A stretch of 64,000 bases of DNA from assembly GCA_030390025.1 (NCBI GenBank), contig CM059433.1, positions 26,848,001-26,912,000 on the forward strand, in the 5' to 3' direction. The translations under genes and the position numbers were made by a program. The notes beneath the pieces are model-generated. The model saw nothing but the letters and a program-made list of their open reading frames with translations. It had not been told where the DNA came from and ran no database searches. The DNA is from Squalus acanthias. Lineage: Eukaryota. This document shows positions 49,101-61,375 of this stretch, piece by piece (the stretch's first letter is position 1; each line of letters begins with the position of its first letter).

Positions 49101-50977
49101 CATGTTCTTGCCCACTCACTTAGCCTGTCTATATCCCTTGAAGCCTCCTTGCATCCTCTTCACAACTTACATTCCCACCCAGATTTGTATCATCAGCAAA
49201 CTTGGATATATTACATTTGGTACCCTCATCCAAATCATTGATGTAGACTGTGAATAGCTGAGGCCCAAGCACTGATCCTTGCACTAGTTACAGCCTGCCA
49301 ACCCGAAAATGACCCGTTTATTCCTACTCTCTGTTTTCTGTCCATTAACCAATCCTCAATCCATGCTAGTATATTACCCGCAATCCCATGAGCCCTAATT
49401 TTGTTTAATAACCTCTTGTGTAGCACCTTATCGAATGCCTTCTGAAAATCCAAATACATCACATCCACTGGTTCCCCCTTATCTATTCTGATAGTTACAA
49501 CCTCAAAAAATTCTAACAGATTTGTCAAACACAATTTCCCTTTCATAAATCCGTGTTGACTCTGCCCAATCCTATTATTATTTTCTAAGTGCCCTGTTAC
49601 CACATCCTTAATAATAGATTCTAGCATTTTCCCTACTACTGATGTCAGGCTAACTGGTCTGTAGTTCCCCATTTTCTCTCTCCCTCTTTTCTTAAATAGT
49701 GGGGTTACATTTGCTACCTTCCAATCTGCAGGAACTGTTCTAGAATCTATGGAATTTTGGAAAATGACAACCAATATCTCTATAGCCACCTCTTTCAAAT
49801 CCCTAGGCCATCAGATCAAGGGGATGTATCGGCTTTCAGTCCCTTTAATTTCTCCAGCAATATTTTTTTACTAATACTAATTTCTTTCAGTTCACACAAC
49901 ACGATGGAGGGTGTCCTCAGTGTGCAGACGGGACTTCGTCTCCACAAGGACTGTGCGGTGGTCACTGCTACCAATATGGTCATGGACAGATGCATCTGCG
50001 ACAGGTAGATTGGTGAGGACGAGGTCAAGTAGGTTTTTCCCTCATGTTGGTTCTCTCACCACCTGTCGTAGGCCTAGACTGGCAGCTATGTCCTTCAGGA
50101 CTCGGCCAGCTCGGGCAGTAGTGGTGCTACCGAGCCACTCTTGCTGATGGACATTGAACTCCCCCACCCAGAGTACATTCTGTGCCCTTGCTACTCTCAG
50201 TGCTTCTTCCAAGTGGTGTTCAACATGGAGGAGTACTGATTCATCAGCTGAGGGAGGGCGGTAGGTGGTAATCAGCAAGAGGTTTCCTTGCCCATGCTTG
50301 ACCTGAAGCCATGAGACTTCATGGGATCCAGAGTCAATATTGAGGACTCCCAGGGCCACTCCCTCCCGAGTGTATACCACTGTGCCACCACCCCTGGTGG
50401 GTCTGTCCTGCCGGTGGGACAGGACATACTTAGGGATAGTGATGGAGGAGTTTGGGGCATTGGCTGAAAGATACAATTCTGTGAGTATGACTATGTCAGG
50501 CTGTTGTTTGACTAGTCTGTGGGACAGCGCTCCCAATTTTGGCACAAGTCCCCAAATGTTGGTGAGGACTTTGCAGGGTCGACTGGGCTGGGTGTGCTGT
50601 TGTCATGTCTGTAGCCGGTGCTGAGTGGTCCGTCCGGTTTTATTATTGCTTTTCATAGCGGTTTTTTACAACTAATTGGCTTGACAGGCCATTTCAGAGG
50701 GCAGTTAAGAGTCAACCACATTGCTGTGGGTCTGGAGTCACATATAGGCCAGACCAGGTAAGGATGGCAGATTTCCTTCCTTAGTGAACCAGTTGGGTTT
50801 TTACGACAATCCAATAGTTTCATGGTCACCATTACTAATACTAGCTTTTTATTCCAGATTTATTTAATTAATTTAATTTCCCCTGCTGTCGTGGTGGAAT
50901 TTGAACTCACATCTCTGGATCATTAGTCCAGCCTCTGGATTACCAGTCCAGTAACATAAGCACTATGCTACCGTTCC
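46141..50977 (-). mobile_element. Single-ORF APE-RT LINE (CR1/Jockey group, Zenon-like C-terminus) with a tRNA-like 5' head; split by a CR1 at 48269-49892
   Basis: Endonuclease TNIWGL..PDIVILTE..DRPTRGGG..YRPP; RT NYRSISLLS, MFADD, SLHHQRTVA; poly(A) at 46142; no ORF1; A-box at 50961-50970 and B-box at 50896-50908 on the - strand. Confidence 0.88.
48269..49892 (-). mobile_element. 5'-truncated CR1 LINE nested in the tRNA-headed LINE
   Basis: RT ORFs 48358..49023 and 49235..49798; TSD CACACA (48263-48268, 49893-49898). Confidence 0.93.
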
Positions 50978-51199
50978 ATTTTGGTAGCAGCCATGGCTCA
51001 GTCGTTGACATCTGAACATATGGAAACTAAAACCATTGGCCAACAATCACTTTGAATGCACCGTTTATTGACAAACCTGCCACCAATGGTGTCCCTCTCG
51101 CTAGAGTGCCAATAACTAAATTAACATTCGTTCATTAATTAAAGCACAGACCCCACCTTCAGTGCACTTCTTGTCTCTTTAGCTTGCTTCCCAGGTACA

Positions 51200-52250
51200 A
51201 AAAGAAAGACTTGTATTTCTATAGCACCTTTCACAACCTCAGGCTGTCCTAAAGTGCTTTATTGCCAATTAAGTACCTTTGAAGTGTAGTCACTGTTGTA
51301 ATGTCGGAAACATGACAACCAAATTGTGCACAGCAAGCTCCCTGAAACAACAATGTGATAATAACCAGATCATCTGTTTTAATGATGTTGGTTGAGGGAT
51401 AAATATTGGCCAGAACACCGGGGAGAACTCCTCTGCCTCCATCTGCTGCTAAAGCCTTTGTTACCTTCAGACTCGTTTTTTCCAATGTTCTCTTCTCCAG
51501 CCTCCCACCTTCCACCCTCTGTAAACTTGAGCTCACCCAAAACTCTGCTTGTATCCTAACTCATACCAAGTCCCATTCACCCATCATCCCCTGTGCTCGC
51601 TGAACTACATTGGCACCAGGTCCAGCAACGCCTCAATTTTAAATTCTCATCCTAGTTTTCAAATCCCTCCGTGGCCTCGCCCCACCCTCTCTCTGTAACC
51701 TCCTCCAGCCCGACAACCCTCCGAGATCTCTGCGCTCCTTCAATTCTGGCCTCTTGGGAATCCCCGATTTTCATCGCTCTGGCGGTCGTGCCTTCAGCTG
51801 CCTCGGCCCTAAGCTCTGGAATTCCCTCCCTAAACCTCGCTATCTCTGTCTCCTCCTTTAAGATGCTCCTTAAAACCTACCTCTTTGAACAAGCTTTTTA
51901 TCACCTGTCCTAATATCTCCTTACATGGCTCAGTGTCAAATTTTGTTTGATAACGCTCCTGTGAAGCGCCTTGGGATTTTTTGCTACATTAAAGGCGCTA
52001 TATTAATGTAAGTTGTTGTTGCTCTTCTTTGAATAGGGCCACGGGATTTTTTATGTCCACCTGAGAGAGCAGACGGGGTCTCAGTTTAACGTCTCATCCA
52101 AAAGATGGCACCTCCGACAATGCATCACTCCCTCAGCACTGTACTGGAGTGTCAGCCTGGATTATGGGCTCAAGTTTCTGGAATGGGGCTTGAACCCATG
52201 AACTTCTGACCCGGAAGCAAGAGTGCTACCCACTGAGTCACTGCTGACAC
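51200..52250 (-). mobile_element. Deu-domain SINE split by an L2 3' fragment (+, ~51432-52022)
   Basis: SINE halves at 51200-51431 and 52022-52250; insert has L2 C-terminal motifs and a (GTT)n tail. Confidence 0.8.
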
Positions 52251-52284
52251 CATGTAGCTGATAATAGCTACAGAAGGATCATTA

Positions 52285-52430
52285 GTTCTTCCTGGGAACT
52301 TGCTTCATTCTCCTAAGAAAACAGCAGTTGGGGGGCAGCGCTTGGAGTCACTGCCCTCCTGCCTGTGAGTCACATCTCATTGTCTTTGCTCACTGCTAAG
52401 TGTGATGTGAGCCTGGGGAAATGTCCAGTG
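52285..52430 (+). promoter_or_regulatory. Candidate immune-inducible promoter/enhancer motif cluster
   Basis: TTCCTGGGAA (STAT, N4 spacing, 52289-52298), TGAGTCA (AP-1, 52366-52372) and GGGGAAATGTCC (kB-like, 52415-52426) in non-repeat DNA. Confidence 0.4.
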
Positions 52431-52703
52431 GAGCCTATGCTGTTTGTTTCACTGAATGGCTGGTGAGAGTTTCTCCGCATTTTTCTGTTACCCGGGTCCC
52501 CACTGGCTTGTCCTATTCATCTTCAGAATCTCCATGTCTGGATGTGATCCAAGTGGGTAGTTAAGGCTGAAAACGCCGTTCAGTTCCAAGTGTGATTTCA
52601 AGGGAAAAGAGGAATGAGCATTCCGAAGGGTGAGGGAAAGGCAGATCTATTCCTCAGTGTCCGAATACTGCACACCGAGACCAAGAATTGGACCAGCTCC
52701 CCA

Positions 52704-52779
52704 ATGGCTTGCTTAAAACTGCCGATTGTATTGGTTCTCTTCCCAGCTTTGACTTTATCATTTCTTAACACTGGAGAGG
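52704..52779 (+). CDS. Candidate signal-peptide exon of a secreted or membrane protein (MACLKLPIVLVLFPALTLSFLNTGE, phase-1 donor)
   Basis: Hydrophobic leader followed by GAGG|GTGAGT donor; possible upstream acceptor TTCATCTTCAG| at 52526; no downstream exon identified. Confidence 0.5.
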
Positions 52780-52949
52780 GTGAGTACTGTAATGAATCAG
52801 CAACACGACTCTCCCAGCTACTTTCACGTAACACGGTGAGCAATCCCAGAACTGGCCAACAGCCTGCAGCTGGTCTGGGATTGTGTCAGTCTCTTCAGTT
52901 TCCTTTGAGGCAGGTTGGAATTCTTCTTTGATTCTGGAATTTATATCGG

Positions 52950-53082
52950 TCTGTTGCTCTATTTATCCATCTGTATATCTATATCTGTTTGCCTATTTGC
53001 CTGTCTATAGCTGTCTGTCTCTCTGTCTATATCTATTTGTCTGTCTGTCTGTCTGTCTATATATCTGTATATCTATCTATCT
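52950..53082. repeat. (TCTA/TCTG)n degenerate microsatellite
   Basis: Visible simple repeat. Confidence 0.85.
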
Positions 53083-53506
53083 TAGCACACAATGGTTAAA
53101 TGATAACTGAATAAGACAAATTCTATTTTTATTGCACAAGTATTCTGGGAGTGTTCTAATATTTTGGGGGATAAAATGATCATTATATGTTGCTTCTTCT
53201 GTATGCCATTTTTATCTATTACTTTTTGAAGCTCAGGGTACACGGAAGGTTAGTATGCAATTGTAGAATCTATGTATATTAAGAAGTAGCACCTCCAAGG
53301 TCGTAATCACAGGATTGTGGTCAGTGCCTTGCACCTTCTAGTCCAGGAGCAGCCAATTTAGAACAGTAAATTTCCAGCCACAGGGATGGTGTAGGAGGGA
53401 AGGGTTCAGATTACTGGAGCTTGGAACCAGTTCTGGAAGAGGAGTGAGCTATATTGACAGGACAGCAATATTCCCATATGGCACTAGAGGTGCAAGGGCA
53501 GGGTAA

Positions 53507-53930
53507 AAGAACGAAAGGCTTGCATTTCTATAGTGCCTTTCATGACCTTAGGACGTCCGAAAGCGCTTTACAGCCAATAATTTACTTTTTGAAGTGTAGT
53601 CACAGTTGTAATGTAGGAAACGTGGCAGCCAATTTTGCGCACAGCAAGCTCCCATAAACAGCAATGTGATAATGACCTGATAATCTGTTTTTAGTGATGT
53701 TGGTTGATGGAGAACTCCCCTACTCTTCTTCGAAATAGTGCCGTGGGATCTTTCATGTCCACCTGAGAGGGCAGACGGGGCCTCGGTTTAACATCTCATC
53801 TGAAAGGCAGCACCTTCGACAGTACCGCGCTCCCTCAGTACTGGAGATTTTTGTACTCAAGTCTGTGGAGTGGGACTTGTACCCACAACCTTCTGACTCA
53901 GGCATGAGTGCTACCAACTGAGCCACGACT
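53507..53930 (-). mobile_element. Deu-domain SINE
   Basis: Reverse complement of the 5358 family. Confidence 0.82.
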
Positions 53931-54689
53931 GAATCTTCCATCCAACATTTCTTTTGGGGATGTTTGGGAGGTGCGTCTTTCCTGCACTGGAGATTCCAAT
54001 GCGTTGGACACTTGGAGTGAGGCCAGCACTGTGCGCCTTTCAAAGCCGGAGCAAAGCACTCTCCCGCAGGCTCGCTAAGAATCAGGAGTGACTTTAACGG
54101 TCACTTGCGCCGTGATTTATGAGAACTCGTTTTTTTGCCGGGGTCTTCTCTCTCTTTGTCTTGCACTTTTATTGGCTGTTTCTGCTGCTGTTTGTGAATA
54201 CCATTTAAATTTTGCCAAGAAGTCAGCCATCGGATTCCCCACCGTTACTGCCTGTGGCTGCCCATCACAAATGGTGTTTCTATGCAAGAGTCTTTCAGTG
54301 TTGCCTGGCAGCTTTTTGTTCTAGTTTTTCTTTTGCTCTGTGAGTCATTCAACAGATGAGGCAATGGTGTAGCCATTAGGGATTCCTCTATCTCTGCGCC
54401 ATTCAGAGAAGAATGATGAGGAGGAAGGCAGGCTAATCGGGCACTACAAGCGATGTCTGGTACCCACCAGCAGGTAAACAAAGAAAGAACTTGCATTTCT
54501 ATAGCGCCTTTCACAACCTCAGGACGTCCCAAAGCATTTTACAGACAATGAAGTACTTTTGAAGCCTTGTCACTGTTGTAATGTTGTAATGTACCCTCGT
54601 ATCTGCATCTGCAGAGCAAGGTGCTCCTATCTCAACCTCAGCAATGCTTAGGAAGGATGTACTTCACCCATGAGGTTATACAGTAGTTA

Positions 54690-55665
54690 AAATAATAGAA
54701 TAATACAGCATAGAAGGTGGCTATTCGGCCCATCGTGCCTGTGCCGGCTCTTTGAAAAAACTCTCCAATTAGTCCTACTCCCCTGCTCTTTCCCCATTGA
54801 CCTGCAAATTTTTCCTTTTCAAGTATATATCCAATTGAATCTGCTTCCACCACCCTTTCAGGCAGTGCATTCCAGATCATAACAACTTGCTGAGTTGTAC
54901 CATGTGCTCGCCCTGGAGCTAGAATCCACCTCCACCAGTGGACAATGTCTGTTAGAGTTACTAACTACTCTCTACTTTTATGTCGCAGGGTCATTTCAGA
55001 TCTGCACCAGGAGTCGTTTGTAAAATCAGTCAATCGCTGTACACTGATGCATGAAACAGGCTACCAGTGCCTTGTTTGCTCGATCTGGCCAGTACATCAC
55101 CTTTACATTTTGGGCATTGCGCCTCAGCGTGACAGGGCTGTCACTTTACAGAGGGGCAGGATTTCCCCATGCGCCGTGCTCACGTCACTAAATGTGTGCC
55201 TTTCGGGAATGCTGACAATTTCCTCAATAGGAAAGGCTTTCATAGAATCATACAGCACAGAAGGAGGCCATTCGGCCCGTCATGCCTGTGCCGGCTCTTT
55301 GAAAGAGGTCCCAATTAGTCCCACACCCCCGCTCTTTTCCCATTGCCCTGCTCTTTCCCTATATATCCCATTCCCTTTTGAAAGTTAATATTGAATCTGC
55401 TTCCACCACCCGTTCAGGCAGCGCATTCCAGATCATAGCAACTCGCTGAGTAAAAAGAAAAGTCTCCTCATCTGCCCGCTGGTTCTTTTGCCAATTATCT
55501 TAAATCTGTGTCCTCTGGTTAATGACCTACGTGTCAGTGGAAACAGCTTCTCCTTATTTACTCTATCAAAATCCCTCATGATTTTGAACACCTCTATTAA
55601 ATCTCTGCTTAACCTTCTTTGCTCTAAGGAGAACAATCCCAGCTTCTCCAGTCTCTCCACATAAA
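54690..55665 (-). mobile_element. Two CR1 3' end fragments (~54690-54895 and ~55240-55665)
   Basis: IWNALPERVVEADS; RLEKLGLFSLEQRRL; tail repeats. Confidence 0.85.
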
Positions 55666-55779
55666 TGAACTTTCACTCCATGACAGTGATCACAAACATC
55701 TGATAATCCATATGGATACTCATTCTCCAGGAAGCTGCCATGATTAATTTGAGGTAGTCCACCATACCATGACTGTTCA

Positions 55780-56290
55780 CTGCTGAAAGGCAGGGTTCTG
55801 GGTGGCTTCTTGGAGATCAAGGCCGCACTCCGTTGCAGCGGCTGATGACCCCGGCACTGCTCCCTAGGACCCCAGGTGAGCACCAATATAACAAGGCACA
55901 TGCTGCCATCAGGATTATTATAGGTGATGACATCCACCCGGGTAACTATAGGCTTATTAATTTGACATCAGTAATAGGAAAGATGCTTGAGGGAATCATT
56001 AGGGATACAATATAGGATTGCTTGGATTGAGAGGGACATATTAGGGACACCCAATATGGCTTCACAGAGAGGAGGTCATGTCTTACAAATCTGATTGTAT
56101 TTTTTAAAGAAGTCACCAAGATGGTGGACGAGGGAAGCCCAGTAGACAATGTTTAATTAGACATCCAAAAAGCTTCTGATAAGGTACAGCACAAGAGGTT
56201 TCTCTTCAAGATCGAAGCCTCTGGTATTAGTGGTAATATATTGAGCTTGATTGAGAACTGCCTGGAAGGACGTAGGCAAAAGTAGATATA
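55780..56290 (+). mobile_element. Harbinger transposase scrap fused to a degenerate CR1 RT scrap
   Basis: WLLGDQG / LMTP..PRTPGEHQYNKAHAA followed by PGNYRLINLTSVIGKMLE. Confidence 0.65.
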
Positions 56291-56709
56291 CATGGATTTG
56301 GATCTGTTTGGAGACCGGTCACAAGGTATCACAATTGTGTGGGACTGGCTAAATGGAACAGAGTCCGTCATTGTTCGTATAGAGCGGATAACTGGTATTC
56401 TGAACAACTGCTTCATGGGTCATGATAGGTCTTGGGGGAGTGCCCCAGTCCAGTCCAGTGGCAGTGTGCTGCATGCTTCATGATTTTTGTTGTTCAGAGA
56501 GGACCACCAATGCCCAGCCTGTACAACAACAACAACTTATATAGTACTGTTGAAGTGCAGTCACTGTTCCTACATTTCAAAAGTACTTCATTGGCTGTAA
56601 AGCGCTTTGGGACATCTGGTGGTTATGAAAGGCACTATATAAATGCAAGTCTTTCTTGCTTTCTTTAACGTAAGTAAACCATCCCAAGGCGCTTCACAGG
56701 AGTGTTATC

Positions 56710-59000
56710 AACAACAACAACAACGTGTATTTATATAGCATCTTTAACATACTAAAATGTCCCAAGATGCTTCACAGAAGTGTTATAAAACACTAAAAGT
56801 TGCGAACAGTGTGGTTCAGCCTCAGACAAATGTTAGGGAGAGCGATGGAGTCAGCGGCTAGGGAACGGAGTTTGTGGCGGGGACTGAAAACAATGCCTTC
56901 AATCTTCCCAATAGTTAATTGGAGAAAATTTTTGCTCATCCAGAACTGGATGTCAGACAAGCAGTCTGACAATTTAGAGACCGTGGAGGGGTCGAGAGAA
57001 GTGGTGGTGAGGTGCCGTTAGCATACATGTGGAAACTGACACTGTGTTTTCGGATGATGTCGCCAAGGGGCAACATGTAGATGAGAAATAGGAGGGGGCC
57101 AAGGATAGATCCTTGGGGGACACCAGAGGTAACGATGTGGGAGCAGGTGATTCTCTGGCTACGATTAGATAGATAAGAATGGAACCAGACGAGTGCAGTC
57201 CCACCCAGCTGGACGACGGTAGAGAGGCATTGGAGAAGAATGGAGTGGTCAACCATGTCAAAGGCTGCAGACAAGTCAAGAAGGACGAGGAGGGATAGTT
57301 TACCTTTGTCACAGTCACATATCATTTGACTTTGAGGAGAGCCGTTTCGGTACTGTGGCGGGGCGGAAACGTGATTGGAGGGATTCAGACATGGAGTTGC
57401 GGGAAAGGTGGGCACGGATTTGGGAGGCAACAGCATGCTCCAGGACTTGAGAGGAAAGAGAGGTTGGAGATGAGGCGGCAGTTTGCAAGAATGGAGGGGG
57501 TCAAGGGTTGTTTTTTTGAGGAGAGGGGTGATGACGGCAGACTTGAGGGAGAGGAGGACAGTACCTGAGGAGAGAGAACCATTAACAATGTCAGCTAACA
57601 TGGGAGCCAGAAAAGGAAGTTGGGTGGTCAGCAGTTTGGTGGGAATAGGGCCGAGGGAGCAGGAAGTGGGTCTCATGGACAAGATGAGAGTGGAGAGATC
57701 ATATGGGGAGATCGGAGAGAAACTAGAGAAAGATGCGAGTTCAGGGCTAGGGCATGGGGGAGCCTTAGAGGAAGTTTGGCCCGGTGGGCTAGGGAAGGAA
57801 GCGAAGTGGCAGAGGCAGCTGAATGGATGGTCTCAATCAAAGAAGTCCATGAGCTCCTCACACTTGTTGTCGGAGGTGAGGGTGGAGGAGACAGGGGAGA
57901 GGGGTTTAAGAAGACAACTAGCAGTGGAGAATAGAAGCCAGGGTTTATCTTTGCATTCCAGAATGATTCTGGAATAGTGAGCAATTTTGGCAGATGAGAG
58001 GACCCGATAATGCTTTATGTGGTCCAGCCAGTACTGGCAGTGAATCCGTTCAAGTCTGCGTCCCTTGGACTTAAGGGAGCGAAGATGAGGGCCATACCAG
58101 GGGGAACGGCCAGGGTGAGAGAGTAATTGTTTTAATAGGGACTAGGGCATCAAAGGTGGTGGTGAGGGTGTGGTTGAGCAGATCGGTAGCTGCAAAAATG
58201 TCGTGGTGAATGGAGGGCCAAAGGCTGGACAGTTGGGATTTCGTAAGTGCAGTTGTAAGAGAGTTGGGAGAGAGTTTCTTCCAGTGGCGGACACAGAAGG
58301 AAGTAGGATTGGGGGGATGGGGGGAAGGGGGATGTGGGTGGAGGAAGTGGTCAGAGATGGCCTTATCTGCGATTGACACAAGGGGAGTAGTGAGGCCACG
58401 AGAGATGGCAAGGTCGAGGGGGTGGCCATGAATATGGGTTGGGGAGTTTACATGGAGGGCGAGATTAAGGGAGGATAGGAGGCTACTGAACTCAGAGGAG
58501 AGAGAGCATGATGAATTGAGATGGAGGTTGAAATCACCGAGGATGAAAAGCCGCTCGGTGCACAGGCTGAGGGAGGAAAGCAGTGAAGATATCTCAGTAA
58601 TAACATTTTTATGGTACTTGGGTGGGCGGTAGAGAATGAGAATTTTAAATGAGAGGTGAGAGGGGTGGAATAAGGTGAGATGCTCAAAGGAGGAGAAAGT
58701 GTCGAAGGAGTAGGGGGACAGACCAAGGTGTGATTTGGTGATGAGAGCCACACCGCCACCATGGCGGTCTGAGCGGGGCAATTGGTGGAAGGTATAGCCA
58801 GGCGGGGAGGCTTCATTGAAGGGTAAGGTGTCATCACCCCTCAGCCAAGTTTCCGTCAGGGCCATGATGTTGATGCAATCATCCGCGATAAGCTCATGGA
58901 TGGCAAGGGCCCTGTTTGCAAGTGAACGGACATTCTGGAGGGAGTTGCAGAGAGGGTCAGTGATGGCTGACCCACTGCCAGCGTCCGCAGGGTCAGCGCT
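56710..59000 (-). mobile_element. Degenerate L2 LINE (APE and RT)
   Basis: ALTETWL..GGGVA..YRPP..GDFN..LDL..SDH (58071..58865); [25 protein letters not shown] (56936..57682); (TTG)n tail at ~56710. Confidence 0.9.
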
Positions 59001-59329
59001 GGGTCAAACAAAATTCGACACCGACCGACATAAGGAGATATTAGGACAGATGACCAAAAGCTTGGTCAAAGAGGTAGTCTTACAGGAGGAGAGAGAGCCG
59101 GAGAGGTTTAGGGTGGGAAGTAGGAGGAAGAGGATGGAGTGTCAGGCCAGCAGGGTGAGCAGGCAACCGAGAGTTCACTGCAGGCAGAGGTTGCACAGGA
59201 GATGCTTTGCCACTGCAAGACATCTACAGACGGAGCTAATAAGAAACACCTCTTCCTGAGTACTACTTGTTGCCCCTGCAAAAACAGTCTTGACAATATG
59301 CTTCCCTTTTCCAGACATTTGGTTCAAAC

Positions 59330-59900
59330 ATAACTTCCATGTTTGACAATGTGGAAAAATTCTTCAAGTTCTTCTACAAGCCCCTCCCCCACCTTGCCAT
59401 AAACCAGTCTGCATGTAACGCCCGTGCTCATATTTTCTTTTTTATCTACAGAGTTCTGCGGGCCTTTCTCTACTCTTTCACCGTGCGTCCCTTGGTGCCC
59501 TTTCAATCCTAAACCACTGGAAACAGGCACATTAAAATGCTCAGAACATCTGGACCCATTCTCCAGCAGTACATTTACCTGTCTCATTCTGTCCAGCTAT
59601 TGCCCCATCTCTAACCTCCCTTTCCTTTCTGAGGTCCTTGAGTGTGTTGTCTCTCAGCTCCATGTCCATCTCTCCCATAAATCCCTGTTCAAATCCCTTC
59701 AGCTTTGTTTTCACCCGTCTCACAGAATCAAAATAGCCCTGGCCAAAGTCATGAATGACCTCCTCTGGGACTATGACCGTGCTGTATTATTCCTCCTTGT
59801 CCTCCATGACCTCTCCTCAGCATTTGACCATCCAACTCCACTGCCCTCCTCAGTTGTCCCTCTCCATGGGACTGTCCTGGCATGGTTCTACTCCTACTTA
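59330..59900 (+). mobile_element. Old L2 RT remnant
   Basis: PISNLPFLSEVLE...LHDLSSAFD...LAWFYSYL. Confidence 0.75.
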
Positions 59901-59904
59901 TAGA

Positions 59905-60356
59905 AGATAGACTTGCATTTATACAGCACAATTCACCATCTCAGGATGTCCCAAAATGTTTTGCAGCCAATTACGTAATTTTTGAAGTGTAGTCACTTTT
60001 GTAATGTAGGAAATGTGGCAGACAATTTGCACACAGATCCCACCAACGCAAATGAGATAATGACCATATTATCTGTTTTAGTGATGTTGGTTGAGGGATA
60101 AATATTGGCCAGGTCATCAGGGAGAACTGCCCTGCTCGTCTTTGAAATAGTGCCATGGGATCTTTTATGTTCATCTGAGAGGGCAGACAGTTTAATGTCT
60201 CATCTGAAAGACAGCACCTTTGAAAGTGCATCACTCCCTCAGGACTGCACTGGAGTGTCAGCCTGGATTATGCACTCAAGTCTCTGGAGTGGGACTTGAA
60301 CCCATGACCTTTTGACTCAGAGGTGAAAGTGATTCCCATTAAGCCACAACTAACAC
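59905..60356 (-). mobile_element. Deu-domain SINE
   Basis: Reverse complement of the 5358 family. Confidence 0.82.
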
Positions 60357-60471
60357 ATCCATGGCCCCTCTTACATGTTGCCCTTCAGAAACTTCATTTG
60401 TGGGCTGAAGGTCAGTTTCTGCATGTACTTTGATGGCATACGGGATCCTTGGCTTTATAAATAGACACATA

Positions 60472-61207
60472 GGGCTGGATTTTGAATGACCCATGGAGTC
60501 GGGTTTGGAGGCGTGTGGGGGGTTAAATTTGCGGGGTTGGGGTTTCCGACCCTATCCCGACTCCATCCCGCCTCCACGCAATTTTGACATAATCAGTCGC
60601 GGGGTTCCTGATTCCGTCCCGCCTCCAAGAGGCGGGAGAGGCCATTAAAGCCCTTAACAAGCTCTAAATTGGCTCTGTAATGCCATTTTGAAACGCTGTA
60701 GCTAGTTTAACCCTCTTCTGACGTGAAGCACGCCTGGTGTGAAACACTCCAGTGAAACCTGGCGGGAGCACAAGTGGATAGCTGACTATCGGCTGGAAGT
60801 CCACTATTACAACGGAGATGTGATGAAGTAGCATTAGGTCTGAACATTGGCTCTGATGCTGCTGCATTGAATGTCCTCAGAGACTGCCTGGGAGGACTTA
60901 CTTGGCAAAATCTCTCTCTCTCTCTCTCTCCTCTCCCCATTTGTCATCCAGGTCCACTCACATCAAAAGCCAGGCAAGCCCTCTCTCACCAACAGTCTCT
61001 GAGAGCAGGCAGGCAGTAATGATGACATTATCAGAGGCGCCTTTCAGACTGAAAACACTAATTAGTTCATGGGTTCCCACATACTCCAACTCAATTGCCC
61101 AATTAAGTGAAAATTGCATCAGGCACCCACATTAATCTGGAGTCGGGGGGGAAACACGAAATGCGGATTACACGACCCCAACCCGACACCAAGACAAAAT
61201 CCAGCCC
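60472..61207. mobile_element. Harbinger-type MITE inserted in a CR1 scrap (60435-61375)
   Basis: TIRs GGGCTGGATTTTG / CAAAATCCAGCCC with TSD ATA (60469-60471, 61208-61210). Confidence 0.9.
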
Positions 61208-61375
61208 ATAGAGTACAAAAGCAAGGGAGTTTGCTAAACCTTTATAAAACACTGGTTAGGCCACAGCTGGAGTATTGCAGCCAATTCTGGGCACCACACT
61301 TTAGGAAGAATGGCAAGGCTTCAGAGAGGGTTCAGAGGAGATTTACTAGAATGGTACCAGGAATGAAAGACTTCC

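Noticed and set aside
54088..54324. ORF with GCPSQMVF as chemokine exon 2
   Set aside because: No CC or CXC motif in frame and no convincing phase-1 acceptor.
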